Assembly: GCA_965263035.1 (NCBI GenBank)
Contig: OZ253580.1
Location: 2,784,001 to 2,848,000, forward strand
Direction of reading: 5' to 3'
DNA: 64,000 nt
From: Acidobacteriota bacterium
GTDB taxonomy: Bacteria > Acidobacteriota > UBA6911 > RPQK01 > JAJDTT01
Below, piece by piece: positions 30,083 through 39,038 of the stretch (positions within the stretch are counted from its first letter, which is position 1; each line of letters opens with the position of its first letter). The translations under genes were made by a program, and so were the position numbers. The notes beneath the pieces were generated by a model. That model did no database searches, was not told where the DNA came from, and saw only the letters and a program-made list of their open reading frames with translations.

Positions 30083-31117
30083 TCAAGGCTGGAGTATGAC
30101 CTTTGTCAACCCAGGCTCGCGCGCGTACAGCCGGTCGAACATTTCCTGTCCGCGCTCCAGCGGTACCGAGGCGCTCAGTACCGGTCGCACCCGGATGGCT
30201 CCGCGCCGCATCAAGTCCAGGCAGGCAGGGTAGTCGTTGGAAGACGCGCACGAGCCGAGCACGTCGATTTCGCGGGTCACGACGCTCTGCAATCCGAAGC
30301 TGACGGTCGGCGCGATATTGCCGATGAGGACGACCCTCCCTCCCTTGCGTACGCTGTCCATCGACATCGCTACGGTGACGTCGACCCCCACGGCCTCCAT
30401 GACCAGATCCGCCCCCAGCCCGCCGGTTATCTCCCTGACGACCGCCGGTACGTCCGTCCCGTCGCCGGACTGAATGGTCTCGTCCGCTCCGAGTTCCTTC
30501 GCCAGTCGCAGGCGGTCGGCCGCCAGGTCGACCACGAAAATCCGGCCGCAGCCCGCGCTGCGCAGCGCCTGGGTCGTCAGCAGACCGATCATCCCCGCTC
30601 CCACAACCAGTGCCTTGTCCCCGAGCGACGGCTTGGCGCGCGCGACGGCATGCACGGCGACCGAGACAGGTTCCACCATGGCAGCCTCGTCGAAGCTGAC
30701 ACCGTCAGGCACCCGGAACACGATGTGGTTCGGCACGGCCACGTATTCGGCAAATGCCCCGTGGCGCCGATAGTCATCGCAGGAGACGCCGAGCACGCGC
30801 CGGTCCTCGCAGAGGTTGGGACGGCCTTCTCGGCAGAATACGCAGTTCCGGCAGCAGATCATCGAGTCAAAGGTGACCCGTTCGCCGGGGTCGAAGCCGC
30901 GTACTGCGCTTCCCACCTTTGCGACTACGCCCGACGCCTCGTGGCCCATGATCACCGGCGGGATCCGGCGCCCGGAGCTTCCGTCGTAGCCGTGCACGTC
31001 GCTTCCGCAGATCCCGCACGAGCGTACCCGGATCAGCACCTCGTTGGGAGCGGCATCGGGGCTCGGGACTTCCATCAGGTCCAGCTTCTTGTATTCGTTC
31101 AGGACGAGCGCTTTCAT
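30083..31117 (-). CDS. zinc-dependent sugar-alcohol dehydrogenase (galactitol-1-P/iditol dehydrogenase-like)
   Basis: CGICGSD, GHE, CxxCxxC...C structural Zn site and GAGMIG motifs. Confidence 0.9.
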   Translation of the reverse strand: MKALVLNEYKKLDLMEVPSPDAAPNEVLIRVRSCGICGSDVHGYDGSSGRRIPPVIMGHEASGVVAKVGSAVRGFDPGERVTFDSMICCRNCVFCREGRPNLCEDRRVLGVSCDDYRRHGAFAEYVAVPNHIVFRVPDGVSFDEAAMVEPVSVAVHAVARAKPSLGDKALVVGAGMIGLLTTQALRSAGCGRIFVVDLAADRLRLAKELGADETIQSGDGTDVPAVVREITGGLGADLVMEAVGVDVTVAMSMDSVRKGGRVVLIGNIAPTVSFGLQSVVTREIDVLGSCASSNDYPACLDLMRRGAIRVRPVLSASVPLERGQEMFDRLYAREPGLTKVILQP

Positions 31118-31212
31118 TGTTTCTTCGTGCGGGCCGCTCGCAACTCCCCATCCTCGGAGAAGATCCTCCGATCATGAACCTTGAGTCCTCCCTGGCCTGA
31201 TTCTCCCGTCAC
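31114..31212 (-). pseudogene. 32-aa duplicate of the DUF1844 N-terminus, stop overlapping the dehydrogenase ATG
   Basis: GTG-TGESGQGGLKVHDRRIFSEDGELRAARTKKQ-TGA; ATGA overlap at 31114-31117. Confidence 0.6.
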
Positions 31213-31227
31213 GAATTCGCTCCCTCT
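31130..31227. repeat. 98-bp direct repeat, copy B
   Basis: Matches 29936-30033. Confidence 0.9.
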
Positions 31228-31235
31228 ACGGCTGA

Positions 31236-31395
31236 CAGCCCGTGGCAAAAGTCGTCACGGCATTCGACCGTCCCTGGATCGTGCGCGGACTGCGTTGCTA
31301 TCGGCTCACATACTCCCAGTATGCTCCCTCCGTTGCGCCTGGTCCGGCGGGCGCAGGAACGGTCTCGGTGCTCGCGGGACTTTCACCACGGACTG
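31236..31395 (+). mobile_element. family 1 palindromic element, copy 4 (160 bp), inside the 3' end of mazG
   Basis: TIRs intact; flanks CTGA/TTGA; mazG stop lies within the element. Confidence 0.88.
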
Positions 31396-32278
31396 TTGAG
31401 CTCGAAGCTGTGCCGACAGATCCGAGCACCTGTTTCTGGCTCTGCCATTGCCGCTCCAATTCCTCCGGCTCCACCTCTGCCAACGACCTCCCCTGTCGAG
31501 TGAAATGCTCTTCCAGGGTCCGGTAGCGATCCGAAAATTTGCGGTTGGCCCGATTCAGGGAAGTCTCCGGGTCGACTTGGAGGAAACGAGCCACGTTGAT
31601 GGCGGCAAAGAGAAAATCCCCGACTTCTTCCCGAATGTCCGTCTCGTTTCCCTTGCGCACGGCGTCCACCAACTCCTGGAATTCCTCCATGACCTTGTCG
31701 CCCACAGCCCCCAGACTTGGCCAATCGAAACCGACTCGAGCGGCTTTGGCCGACATCTGATAGGTAGCGTAAATAGCAGGCAACCGATCCGGCAAGGTCT
31801 CCAACAGAGACTTCCGTTCCTCAAACTGGCCACGGTCCGCCTTCTCCTCGGCCTTGATTCGTTCCCATTCCCTCAGCAGCTCGCCGCTCGTGTCGAAACG
31901 AGCCTGTCCGAAGACGTGGGGATGCCGGCGGACCATTTTTTCGTGGATGGTCCTGCAGACGTCGCCGATATCGAACTCGCCTCTCTCTCTGGCGATCCGA
32001 CTGTGAAAGACGATCTGCAACAACAGGTCTCCCAACTCGTCACACAGCGCGCCCGGAGACGACCAATCCAACGCCTCCAAGACCTCGTAGCTCTCTTCGA
32101 TCAGCATCGCCTTGAGGGTTTCGGGCGTTTGCTCCTGATCCCAAGGGCATCCATCGGGACCCCTCAGCGTATCCATCAACTCCACGAGCTTCTGAAAATA
32201 GTGGCAGTCCGATTTTTGTGCGTCATTTCCATCGTCCGGCTCTGAACGGATCGCGTCCGCAGGATCCGGTACGGTCAA
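31298..32278 (-). CDS. mazG: nucleoside triphosphate pyrophosphohydrolase with MITE-derived C-tail (start TTG 32278 inferred)
   Basis: LRGPDGCPWD, EESYE, ELGDLL, RRHPHVF, GFDW and EEVGD motifs. Confidence 0.92.
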   Translation of the reverse strand: MTVPDPADAIRSEPDDGNDAQKSDCHYFQKLVELMDTLRGPDGCPWDQEQTPETLKAMLIEESYEVLEALDWSSPGALCDELGDLLLQIVFHSRIARERGEFDIGDVCRTIHEKMVRRHPHVFGQARFDTSGELLREWERIKAEEKADRGQFEERKSLLETLPDRLPAIYATYQMSAKAARVGFDWPSLGAVGDKVMEEFQELVDAVRKGNETDIREEVGDFLFAAINVARFLQVDPETSLNRANRKFSDRYRTLEEHFTRQGRSLAEVEPEELERQWQSQKQVLGSVGTASSSTVRGESPASTETVPAPAGPGATEGAYWEYVSR

Positions 32279-34107
32279 TTTCCAATCACCTCGAACTGTT
32301 CGATCTGAAGCAGCGGGTCCGTCTTGACCCGAACTTTCTGTCCCGTCATCTTCTTGATTTCCTCGAGCACCGCGTTTTCCCCTCCCCGTAACGCCTTCCC
32401 GATCTCCGGATGGCAACGAATGGTCATCGACTTGGCGTCCGGAGAGAGGGGAAGCATCCTCTGCACCTGGTGATGAACGGAGTAGCAGACGGTGCGGACG
32501 GAACGGGTCAGGCCCGTGCCCTCACAGACCGTACACCTTTGCGAGAGCGTCCTCTCCAGGGACTGCTTGTCCCGTTTCCGGGTCAGTGCCACCAACCCGA
32601 ACTCGTTGAAATCGAGAATCTTGAACGGAGCCTTGTCCTTGGACAACTCCCGGCGGAGCGCATCCAGGACCTGCCGCTGGTTCGAGCTGTCGGACATGTC
32701 AATGAAATCGATGATGATGATTCCGCCGATGTTGCGGAGCCGGATCTGGCGCACCAGCTCTTTGACGACCTCCAGGTTTGTCCTGGTGATCGTGTCCTCC
32801 AGAGAATCGGTCTTGCCCACGTAGCGGCCGGTGTTGACGTCGATAGCGACCAGCGCCTCGGTTTGATTGATCACGATGTGACCGCCGCTCTTCAACCAGA
32901 CCTTCGGGCGCAACGCCTTTTTGATCTGCACGTCGATCCCGTAATCCTGGAGAATATCCGAGTCCTTGGGGTACAGCTTGATTCGCGAGACCAGTTCGGG
33001 ACTCAGACGCCGAACCATCTCCAACGTTCTTTCATATTCCTCCTCACCGTCGATGTAGACCTGGCGAAAGTCCGCGGAAAGATAGTCTCGCACCACCCTC
33101 TGCGACAGGCTCGACTCGGAGTAGACCAGCGCCGGCGCCGCCACCCGTTGCCCCTTCCTCTTGACCTGGTCCCAGAGCCGGGTGAGGTACTCCATATCAC
33201 GCCTCAGCTCCTCCTCCGAACGGTTCTCCGCCACCGTTCGTACGATGAAGCCACCCTTGGAGAAATCGCGCCGCAATTCACGGATCAGCCCTCTCAACCG
33301 CCGTCGTTCCACATCGGACACGATTCGCCGGGACACGCCGACGTGGCTGACAGTTGGCATATAGACCAGATACCGGCCAGGAAACGCCACATGGGAAGTA
33401 ATGCGAGGCCCCTTCCTGCCGATCGGTTCCTTGGAAATTTGAACCAGAATCTCCTGATTCTCCTGAAGCACGCTCCCGATGGGCAGATGAGTCGTAGATC
33501 CGCTGCCTTGCCGCTTGCGGCTCCGATTCCTCCGACCCGAATCTCCGGCGGTGCCATTGGCCCTGTCGCCGCCCGACCTGCCCGCGCCACTTCCGCCCGT
33601 GCCTGGCGAAGGAGAATCAAATCCACTCAACCACTCGGGCAGGATCTTGGGAAACCCGCCTGCGGCGGCCGTCCCCATTGCGACGTTCTCCAGATCGATA
33701 CCGGGATCGAGAGCGATTCGGCAGGGGAGAATGGAAGTCCGGCACGATCCCTCCCCTGAGAGTTCGCTTCCGTCGGAGCGGAGAGGCCGCGGCTCGGAGA
33801 TTGCCCCTTGACTTCCGGTGACCGCCGCCCCGTCGGCCTCGGTCTCCGCCCCGAAACCCTCTTCGACGCCGGGATACCTCTCTTCCAGGAAGTCCGAGAC
33901 AAAGAGAAACGCACTGCGGCCCAAGCCGACGTCCACAAAGGCCGCCTGCATCCCCGGCAGGATCTTGGTCACGCGGCCCTTGTAGATATTGCCCAGAATG
34001 CCCCTGGTCTTTTCCCTCTCGATGAAGACTTCCGCAACCTCACCATCTTCCAGGAGTGCAATCGTCATCTCGAGTGGAGTCGAGCCGATGATGAGTTCCT
34101 TGATCAT
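32275..34107 (-). CDS. rng: Rne/Rng family ribonuclease
   Basis: GNIYKGRV...PGMQAAFVD, KEPIG.KG, IDVNTG and GGIIIIDFID motifs; ATG 34107 with GAGG SD. Confidence 0.9.
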   Translation of the reverse strand: MIKELIIGSTPLEMTIALLEDGEVAEVFIEREKTRGILGNIYKGRVTKILPGMQAAFVDVGLGRSAFLFVSDFLEERYPGVEEGFGAETEADGAAVTGSQGAISEPRPLRSDGSELSGEGSCRTSILPCRIALDPGIDLENVAMGTAAAGGFPKILPEWLSGFDSPSPGTGGSGAGRSGGDRANGTAGDSGRRNRSRKRQGSGSTTHLPIGSVLQENQEILVQISKEPIGRKGPRITSHVAFPGRYLVYMPTVSHVGVSRRIVSDVERRRLRGLIRELRRDFSKGGFIVRTVAENRSEEELRRDMEYLTRLWDQVKRKGQRVAAPALVYSESSLSQRVVRDYLSADFRQVYIDGEEEYERTLEMVRRLSPELVSRIKLYPKDSDILQDYGIDVQIKKALRPKVWLKSGGHIVINQTEALVAIDVNTGRYVGKTDSLEDTITRTNLEVVKELVRQIRLRNIGGIIIIDFIDMSDSSNQRQVLDALRRELSKDKAPFKILDFNEFGLVALTRKRDKQSLERTLSQRCTVCEGTGLTRSVRTVCYSVHHQVQRMLPLSPDAKSMTIRCHPEIGKALRGGENAVLEEIKKMTGQKVRVKTDPLLQIEQFEVIGN

Positions 34108-34218
34108 TGCACCCTCGGGAGACGATCCTGCAGCGGGACCGGTGAAGAGAACGACATCGCCGGTCGGCCGCCGGCTCAGATCTGCCTCCGTGCGCACCGC
34201 CGCGTCATACCCGCGCTC

Positions 34219-34224
34219 ATTATA
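34219..34224 (-). promoter_or_regulatory. -10 element TATAAT upstream of rng
   Basis: Perfect hexamer on the minus strand ~110 nt upstream of the start. Confidence 0.5.
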
Positions 34225-34351
34225 CCTTCAACCCTCGCGCCACCGCTTCCGTCCTCCCGTTGGGACAACGCAACTCCGGGCGGCGACCCCGAGTAATCGG
34301 AACCAGAGAAACGCGGGACGAATCTGCGCAGGTCGACTGGGCGGCAGCGGC

Positions 34352-35437
34352 TCAGTTAACGTAACCCTGAGACTGGGTGCTGAGTACGACGCCCAGAGCC
34401 GCGAAGGTGACGATGGTGAAGGAGCCTCCGTAGCTGAGAAGAGGGAGGGGGATGCCGATCGGCGGCAAGAGTCCAAGCGTCATTCCCACGTTCACCAGAA
34501 TATGGGAAGAGATCATGCTGACCACACCCGTAACCACCAGGATCACGGTCCTGTCGCGCGCCTCGACGGCGATGCGAATCAGCCTCATCAGGACCAACAG
34601 ATACAACAGCAAAATCGTGGCGGCGCCGATCAGGCCCGCCTCCTCGGCCAGAAGCGCGAAAATGAAATCCGAGTGAATTTCCGGGACAAAACCGAAGTGA
34701 CTCTGGCTGCCCTGACCGATTCCTCTCCCGAAAACGCCGCCGGACCCAATGGCGATCTGGGATTGCCGCGTCTGGTAGCCAACGCCCTGAGGGTCCAACT
34801 CGGGATCGAGCGTGGTCAGGATTCGCTGTTTCTGGTAGTCCTTCAGGTAGATCCATACGGCGGGAGAGGCACCCAAAACGGCGAGCAGGCACCAGACCAG
34901 GACTCGCATGCGGAGGCCCGCCACCACGACGATACCCAGCATGATGGGCATGTACATGAGCGCCGTTCCCAGATCGCCTTGAAGCACGACGAGAAACATG
35001 GGAAGCACCGTCAGGAATCCCACCTTCAGGAGATGCCAAGTGCCGGGATGCCGGCTATTCAGGTCGGCCAAGGATTTCGAAAGCGTCAAGAGGACCGCCA
35101 GCTTACCCAGCTCGGAAGGTTGAAAATGAACCGGACCCAGCACCAACCAGCTTCGGCTGCCGTTGATTTCGGAACCATAGAGCAGGACCAGCACCAGGAG
35201 TACCAGACTTCCGCAGTACCAGACCGGAGCATAGTCCGTGTACAGCCGGCAATCCAGGCTCACTAGAACTGCACAGACGCCGATACCCAGGGCAATCCAG
35301 ATGAGTTGCCGGACGAAGAGCCCGCTGGAGCCGGGTTCCGCAGCGCTGTAGACCCCCAAGCCCCCTATCAGCGAGAGCGCCAATACCAGAATCAACAAAA
35401 TCGGGTCCAGCCCCGCGCGAAAATGCCGCCGTATCAT
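34352..35437 (-). CDS. rodA: rod shape-determining peptidoglycan glycosyltransferase
   Basis: FQPSE, QGDLGT, IAIGSGG, HSDFIF and LSYGGS SEDS motifs. Confidence 0.95.
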   Translation of the reverse strand: MIRRHFRAGLDPILLILVLALSLIGGLGVYSAAEPGSSGLFVRQLIWIALGIGVCAVLVSLDCRLYTDYAPVWYCGSLVLLVLVLLYGSEINGSRSWLVLGPVHFQPSELGKLAVLLTLSKSLADLNSRHPGTWHLLKVGFLTVLPMFLVVLQGDLGTALMYMPIMLGIVVVAGLRMRVLVWCLLAVLGASPAVWIYLKDYQKQRILTTLDPELDPQGVGYQTRQSQIAIGSGGVFGRGIGQGSQSHFGFVPEIHSDFIFALLAEEAGLIGAATILLLYLLVLMRLIRIAVEARDRTVILVVTGVVSMISSHILVNVGMTLGLLPPIGIPLPLLSYGGSFTIVTFAALGVVLSTQSQGYVN

Positions 35438-35443
35438 GGACTG

Positions 35444-37261
35444 CTATTGCCTCGCCATTTCCATAATCCGGCCGGGGCCCCGTTTGTCGTGGAACAGCTG
35501 CAGAATTTTCGCCGCAATCGGAGCTGCCACAGCTCCACCCGAGCCGCCGGCTTCCACCAGGACAACTACGGCGATCTCAGGAAACTTCTGGGGAGCAAAA
35601 CCCACAAACCAAGCATTGGCAGTGAACCGGGAGGCTTGCCCCGCGGCAAGCTTCGAGAGGCCCGCCCGGCCAATGGTCTGCGCCGTTCCCGTCTTCCCAC
35701 ACACGTCGAAGCCGTTGACCTGAGCGGCTCGGCCGGTTCCAAACCGATTCACCACCTCCCACATGGCTTCCCGCACCAAGTCGAGGTTGTCACTCGAGAT
35801 ATTGATGGCAGGCGTGTTTCTTGCCGACTGCCCCCTGGGAAGCTGGTTCCGGGCCACATGCAGGGGAGCGGCAGCTCCTGTGGCCAGGATACCGACCATC
35901 CGAGCCAGCTGCAGTGGCGTCAGGTGGACCGGGCCTTGACCAATGGCGACAGAAACTGTTTCCCCTCGGTACCACTTCTGGCGGTAGATCCGCCTTTTCC
36001 ATTCCCTGGACGGGACCAATCCGGCGACCTCCCCCACCAAGTCGATTCCAGTGGGCCGGTCGAGGCCGATGGCGTGCCCGAAACCGGAGATCAGATCGAT
36101 GCCCAGGCCCTTTCCGAGCTGGTAAAAGTACACATTGCACGAGCTTCGGATGGCTTCCCGGAGCGACACGGATCCATGCCCACCCTTCTTCCAGCATCTG
36201 AAATGATGCCCGTACAGAGTCACGCCGCCGCCGCAAAAATAGGACTGATTCGGATCGATACCCCCCGCTTCCAGACCGGCTAGCGCCACGACCAACTTGA
36301 AGACCGACCCCGGGGCAAACGTACTCTGGAGCGCCCGGTTCTGGAGTGGGTGGTGTTCGTCTGCGACGAGACGGTTCCATTCCCGTCGGCTGATTCGGGC
36401 TGCAAACCAGTTGGGGTCGAAAGCCGGCTGACTCGCCAGGACCAATATCTCGCCGTTTCGGGGGTCGAAGGCAACAACCGCTCCCCGCCTGCCGCCGAGT
36501 TGCTCTTCAGCCGCGATCTGCAGGTCAAGATCAAGCGTGAGCTCCAGCGCGTCTCCCTCCTCGGGAGGGACACGGGCCAGCTCGTCGATGGTGCGGCCCA
36601 GACTGTCGACGAGTATTTTTCGGGATCCGTTCCGGCCCGCCAGATGACGATTGTAGACCCGTTCGACGGCGGACTTCCCCACGATGTCGCCGGCCCTGAA
36701 ATCGGAAAACTCTGCCGTCTCCAACTGAACCCGTGACGCCTCACCCACATAACCCAGGACATGTGCGGCCAATTCACCATACGGGTACGATCGTCTCGGT
36801 TCGGCCAGAACATCCAACTCCGGATGCTCGCCCTTCCGGGAGAGGAGATAGGCCACCTCCGCCATGGTCAGGCTCTTCTTGACCACCAGCGGTTGATACG
36901 GGGAATATCCGTCGGTTGCGGCAAGGTCCTGCTCCAGACTCTGTTCGTCAAGACCAAGTCCCTGGACCAGAAAGTCCACGGTGGCCGCCAAGTTTGACGC
37001 CTCGCTCCGATAACACACCAAGCTGAACGAGTTCACACTGCTCGCCAACACCCGTCCTTCCCGATCGTAGATCACTCCGCGGGGGGCCCTGATGGGGATC
37101 GTACGAGCGCGGTTGCGCTCCGCTGCCACGCTATGGTGCGTGAAATCGACGACGGTCAGATGCCAAAGCTTCAGGAACAGCCCCAGAAACAAGAAGACGA
37201 GAAGCCGTTGGATCCATCGGAGACGAAGCCGGCCGAGTGAATTGTCCTGATAAAGGGGCAT
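35444..37261 (-). CDS. mrdA: penicillin-binding protein 2
   Basis: APRGVIYDR, PGSVFK (SxxK), SCN and GKTGTAQ motifs; ATG 37261 preferred because the upstream extension is MITE sequence. Confidence 0.93.
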   Translation of the reverse strand: MPLYQDNSLGRLRLRWIQRLLVFLFLGLFLKLWHLTVVDFTHHSVAAERNRARTIPIRAPRGVIYDREGRVLASSVNSFSLVCYRSEASNLAATVDFLVQGLGLDEQSLEQDLAATDGYSPYQPLVVKKSLTMAEVAYLLSRKGEHPELDVLAEPRRSYPYGELAAHVLGYVGEASRVQLETAEFSDFRAGDIVGKSAVERVYNRHLAGRNGSRKILVDSLGRTIDELARVPPEEGDALELTLDLDLQIAAEEQLGGRRGAVVAFDPRNGEILVLASQPAFDPNWFAARISRREWNRLVADEHHPLQNRALQSTFAPGSVFKLVVALAGLEAGGIDPNQSYFCGGGVTLYGHHFRCWKKGGHGSVSLREAIRSSCNVYFYQLGKGLGIDLISGFGHAIGLDRPTGIDLVGEVAGLVPSREWKRRIYRQKWYRGETVSVAIGQGPVHLTPLQLARMVGILATGAAAPLHVARNQLPRGQSARNTPAINISSDNLDLVREAMWEVVNRFGTGRAAQVNGFDVCGKTGTAQTIGRAGLSKLAAGQASRFTANAWFVGFAPQKFPEIAVVVLVEAGGSGGAVAAPIAAKILQLFHDKRGPGRIMEMARQ

Positions 37262-37281
37262 GACTACCGATGGACCTCTAG

Positions 37282-37439
37282 CAGTCCGTGGTGAAAGTCC
37301 CGCGAGCACCGAGACCGGTCCTGCGCCGGCCGGACCAGGCGTGATGAGGGAGCATACCGGGAGTACGTGACCGAGTTGCAACGCAGTCCGCCGGGATGCA
37401 GGGACGGTCGAATGCCGTGACGGCTTTTACCACGGGCTG
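37282..37439 (-). mobile_element. family 1 palindromic element, copy 5 (158 bp)
   Basis: Reverse-oriented copy; flanks CTAG/CTAT; between mreD and mrdA. Confidence 0.87.
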
Positions 37440-37488
37440 CTATGGGACTGCTGCGGCTGGACTGCCCCGACCTGTCCAAAGCGGTCTC

Positions 37489-38058
37489 CTAGAAGGGATC
37501 TTCCTCGACCATCGACTTCCTGGAGAAATTCTTGGGAGGAAACTTGATCCGATCGTAACCGTGAAAAACGAAGACTCCGACCAGCGATGTGACGCAGCTG
37601 CGACCAGCGATGAACAGCAGCAAGCTATTCGACAATGGCTGTCCGAGTAAGTCTAAGATAGCAACGATTAGAATCGTGTCAAGGGAGGCTGCCGCCCCCA
37701 ACAACAACATGCGTCCGAGAACGCCTTCCGGCGACGCCCTCAGGCGCAGCAGACCAACCAGACATCCAATCAAGGTCTTGCTCAAGCCGTTGAGTCCCAA
37801 GAGGCTTCCCAATAGCAGATCGGAGAGCAGGCCGAAGCAAGTGCCCCAGAACGCACCCTTGGCCGCTGCCGAATGCAGGGACAGGTAGAGAACCAGTATC
37901 AGCGGCAGATCCAGGTAGCGCCGCAACTCCGGCAGTGCCCTGCTGAGCAGAATCTCGAAGCTTCCTGCGAGCAGGAGCAGGAGCAGGATCTCGGTGCGGG
38001 AGAATCGGGCTTGCAGAGGGGTCCAACTTGTCTCGGCAACCGGCCGCGGGCGTTTCAA
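37489..38058 (-). CDS. mreD: rod shape-determining protein MreD
   Basis: Hydrophobic; G...GLL.D...G..G..K pattern; operon position. Confidence 0.85.
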   Translation of the reverse strand: MKRPRPVAETSWTPLQARFSRTEILLLLLLAGSFEILLSRALPELRRYLDLPLILVLYLSLHSAAAKGAFWGTCFGLLSDLLLGSLLGLNGLSKTLIGCLVGLLRLRASPEGVLGRMLLLGAAASLDTILIVAILDLLGQPLSNSLLLFIAGRSCVTSLVGVFVFHGYDRIKFPPKNFSRKSMVEEDPF

Positions 38059-38864
38059 GGCTCACGTGCGACGAGGATTTCCTCGATTTTGGAAAAATCG
38101 ACGAAGGGCTCGACCTTAATATTGCGATATATCATTTCTCCTTTCTCGGAGCTCACTATACGGCCGACCGGAATGCCTTTGGGATAGATCCGGTCGGCCC
38201 CGGAAGTGTAGACCAACTCCCCGACATCCACCGGCTCGTGATTGGGGATGAAATTCCACTCGAGGAGATCGCTTCCGTCGCCCTGGAGCACACCTTGCAG
38301 GCGGGAGTCCGCCAGCATGGCGCCAGCGGAAGCGCCACGGTTGGTCACCAGCTCCACCTCCGAGCTCACGGGTGTGGTCGCCACGACGCGCCCCACGATT
38401 CCCGAGAGACCGATGACGGCCAAGTTTCGCTTGACGCCATGACGGGTCCCGACGTTGATGACGAGACGATGACTGAAGAAGGGAGCGGTCTTCCAGATAA
38501 TGGTGGCCGTCGTGGTTTCGAAAAGATACTGGCGGGCGAGGATCTGGAGTTCCGCGCTGCGGCCCAGCATCGACTGAACGCTCTTGAGCTGCGCGTTCTC
38601 CAGGCGAAGGCTCCCGATCTCTGCCTCCAATTCCTCGTTCCGCTCCTGAACTCCGAAGAGAATCACATAGCGATTCAATGCTCCCCCGACGCTGTCGGCC
38701 ACTGCCGAAACAGCCAGCGCAAGAGGGGAGATCACGGCCACTCCCAGGGTTCTCAGCAGTGTCTGACCGTCGGGATTCCGAACCTGCGCCGAGATCAGCA
38801 CCAAGTGCAACACGATCGCCACGATGACCAGGTGCAGCGACTTCCGTTCGGCCGGCCAACTCAT
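38055..38864 (-). CDS. mreC: rod shape-determining protein MreC
   Basis: N-terminal TM, coiled coil, GIVGRV and TSG.D.IYPKGIPVG motifs. Confidence 0.92.
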   Translation of the reverse strand: MSWPAERKSLHLVIVAIVLHLVLISAQVRNPDGQTLLRTLGVAVISPLALAVSAVADSVGGALNRYVILFGVQERNEELEAEIGSLRLENAQLKSVQSMLGRSAELQILARQYLFETTTATIIWKTAPFFSHRLVINVGTRHGVKRNLAVIGLSGIVGRVVATTPVSSEVELVTNRGASAGAMLADSRLQGVLQGDGSDLLEWNFIPNHEPVDVGELVYTSGADRIYPKGIPVGRIVSSEKGEMIYRNIKVEPFVDFSKIEEILVAREP

Positions 38865-38866
38865 AT

Positions 38867-39026
38867 CAGTCCGTGGTGAAAGTCCCGCGAGCACCGAGAC
38901 CGTTCCTGCGCCCGCCGGACCAGGCGCAACGGAGGGAGCAGACCGGGAGTATGTGAGCCGATAGCAACGCAGTCCGCGCACGATGCAGGGACGGTCGAAT
39001 GCCGTGACGACTTTTGCCACGGGCTG
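38867..39026 (-). mobile_element. family 1 palindromic element, copy 6 (160 bp)
   Basis: Reverse-oriented copy ending 2 nt before the mreC ATG. Confidence 0.88.
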
Positions 39027-39038
39027 ATCCGGAGATCC

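Noticed and set aside
2816-39026. Repeats interpreted as a CRISPR array or integron attC sites
   Set aside because: Copies are dispersed, ~160 bp and TIR-bounded; there is no repeat-spacer periodicity, no cas or intI gene and no cassette-type RYYYAAC/GTTRRRY organisation
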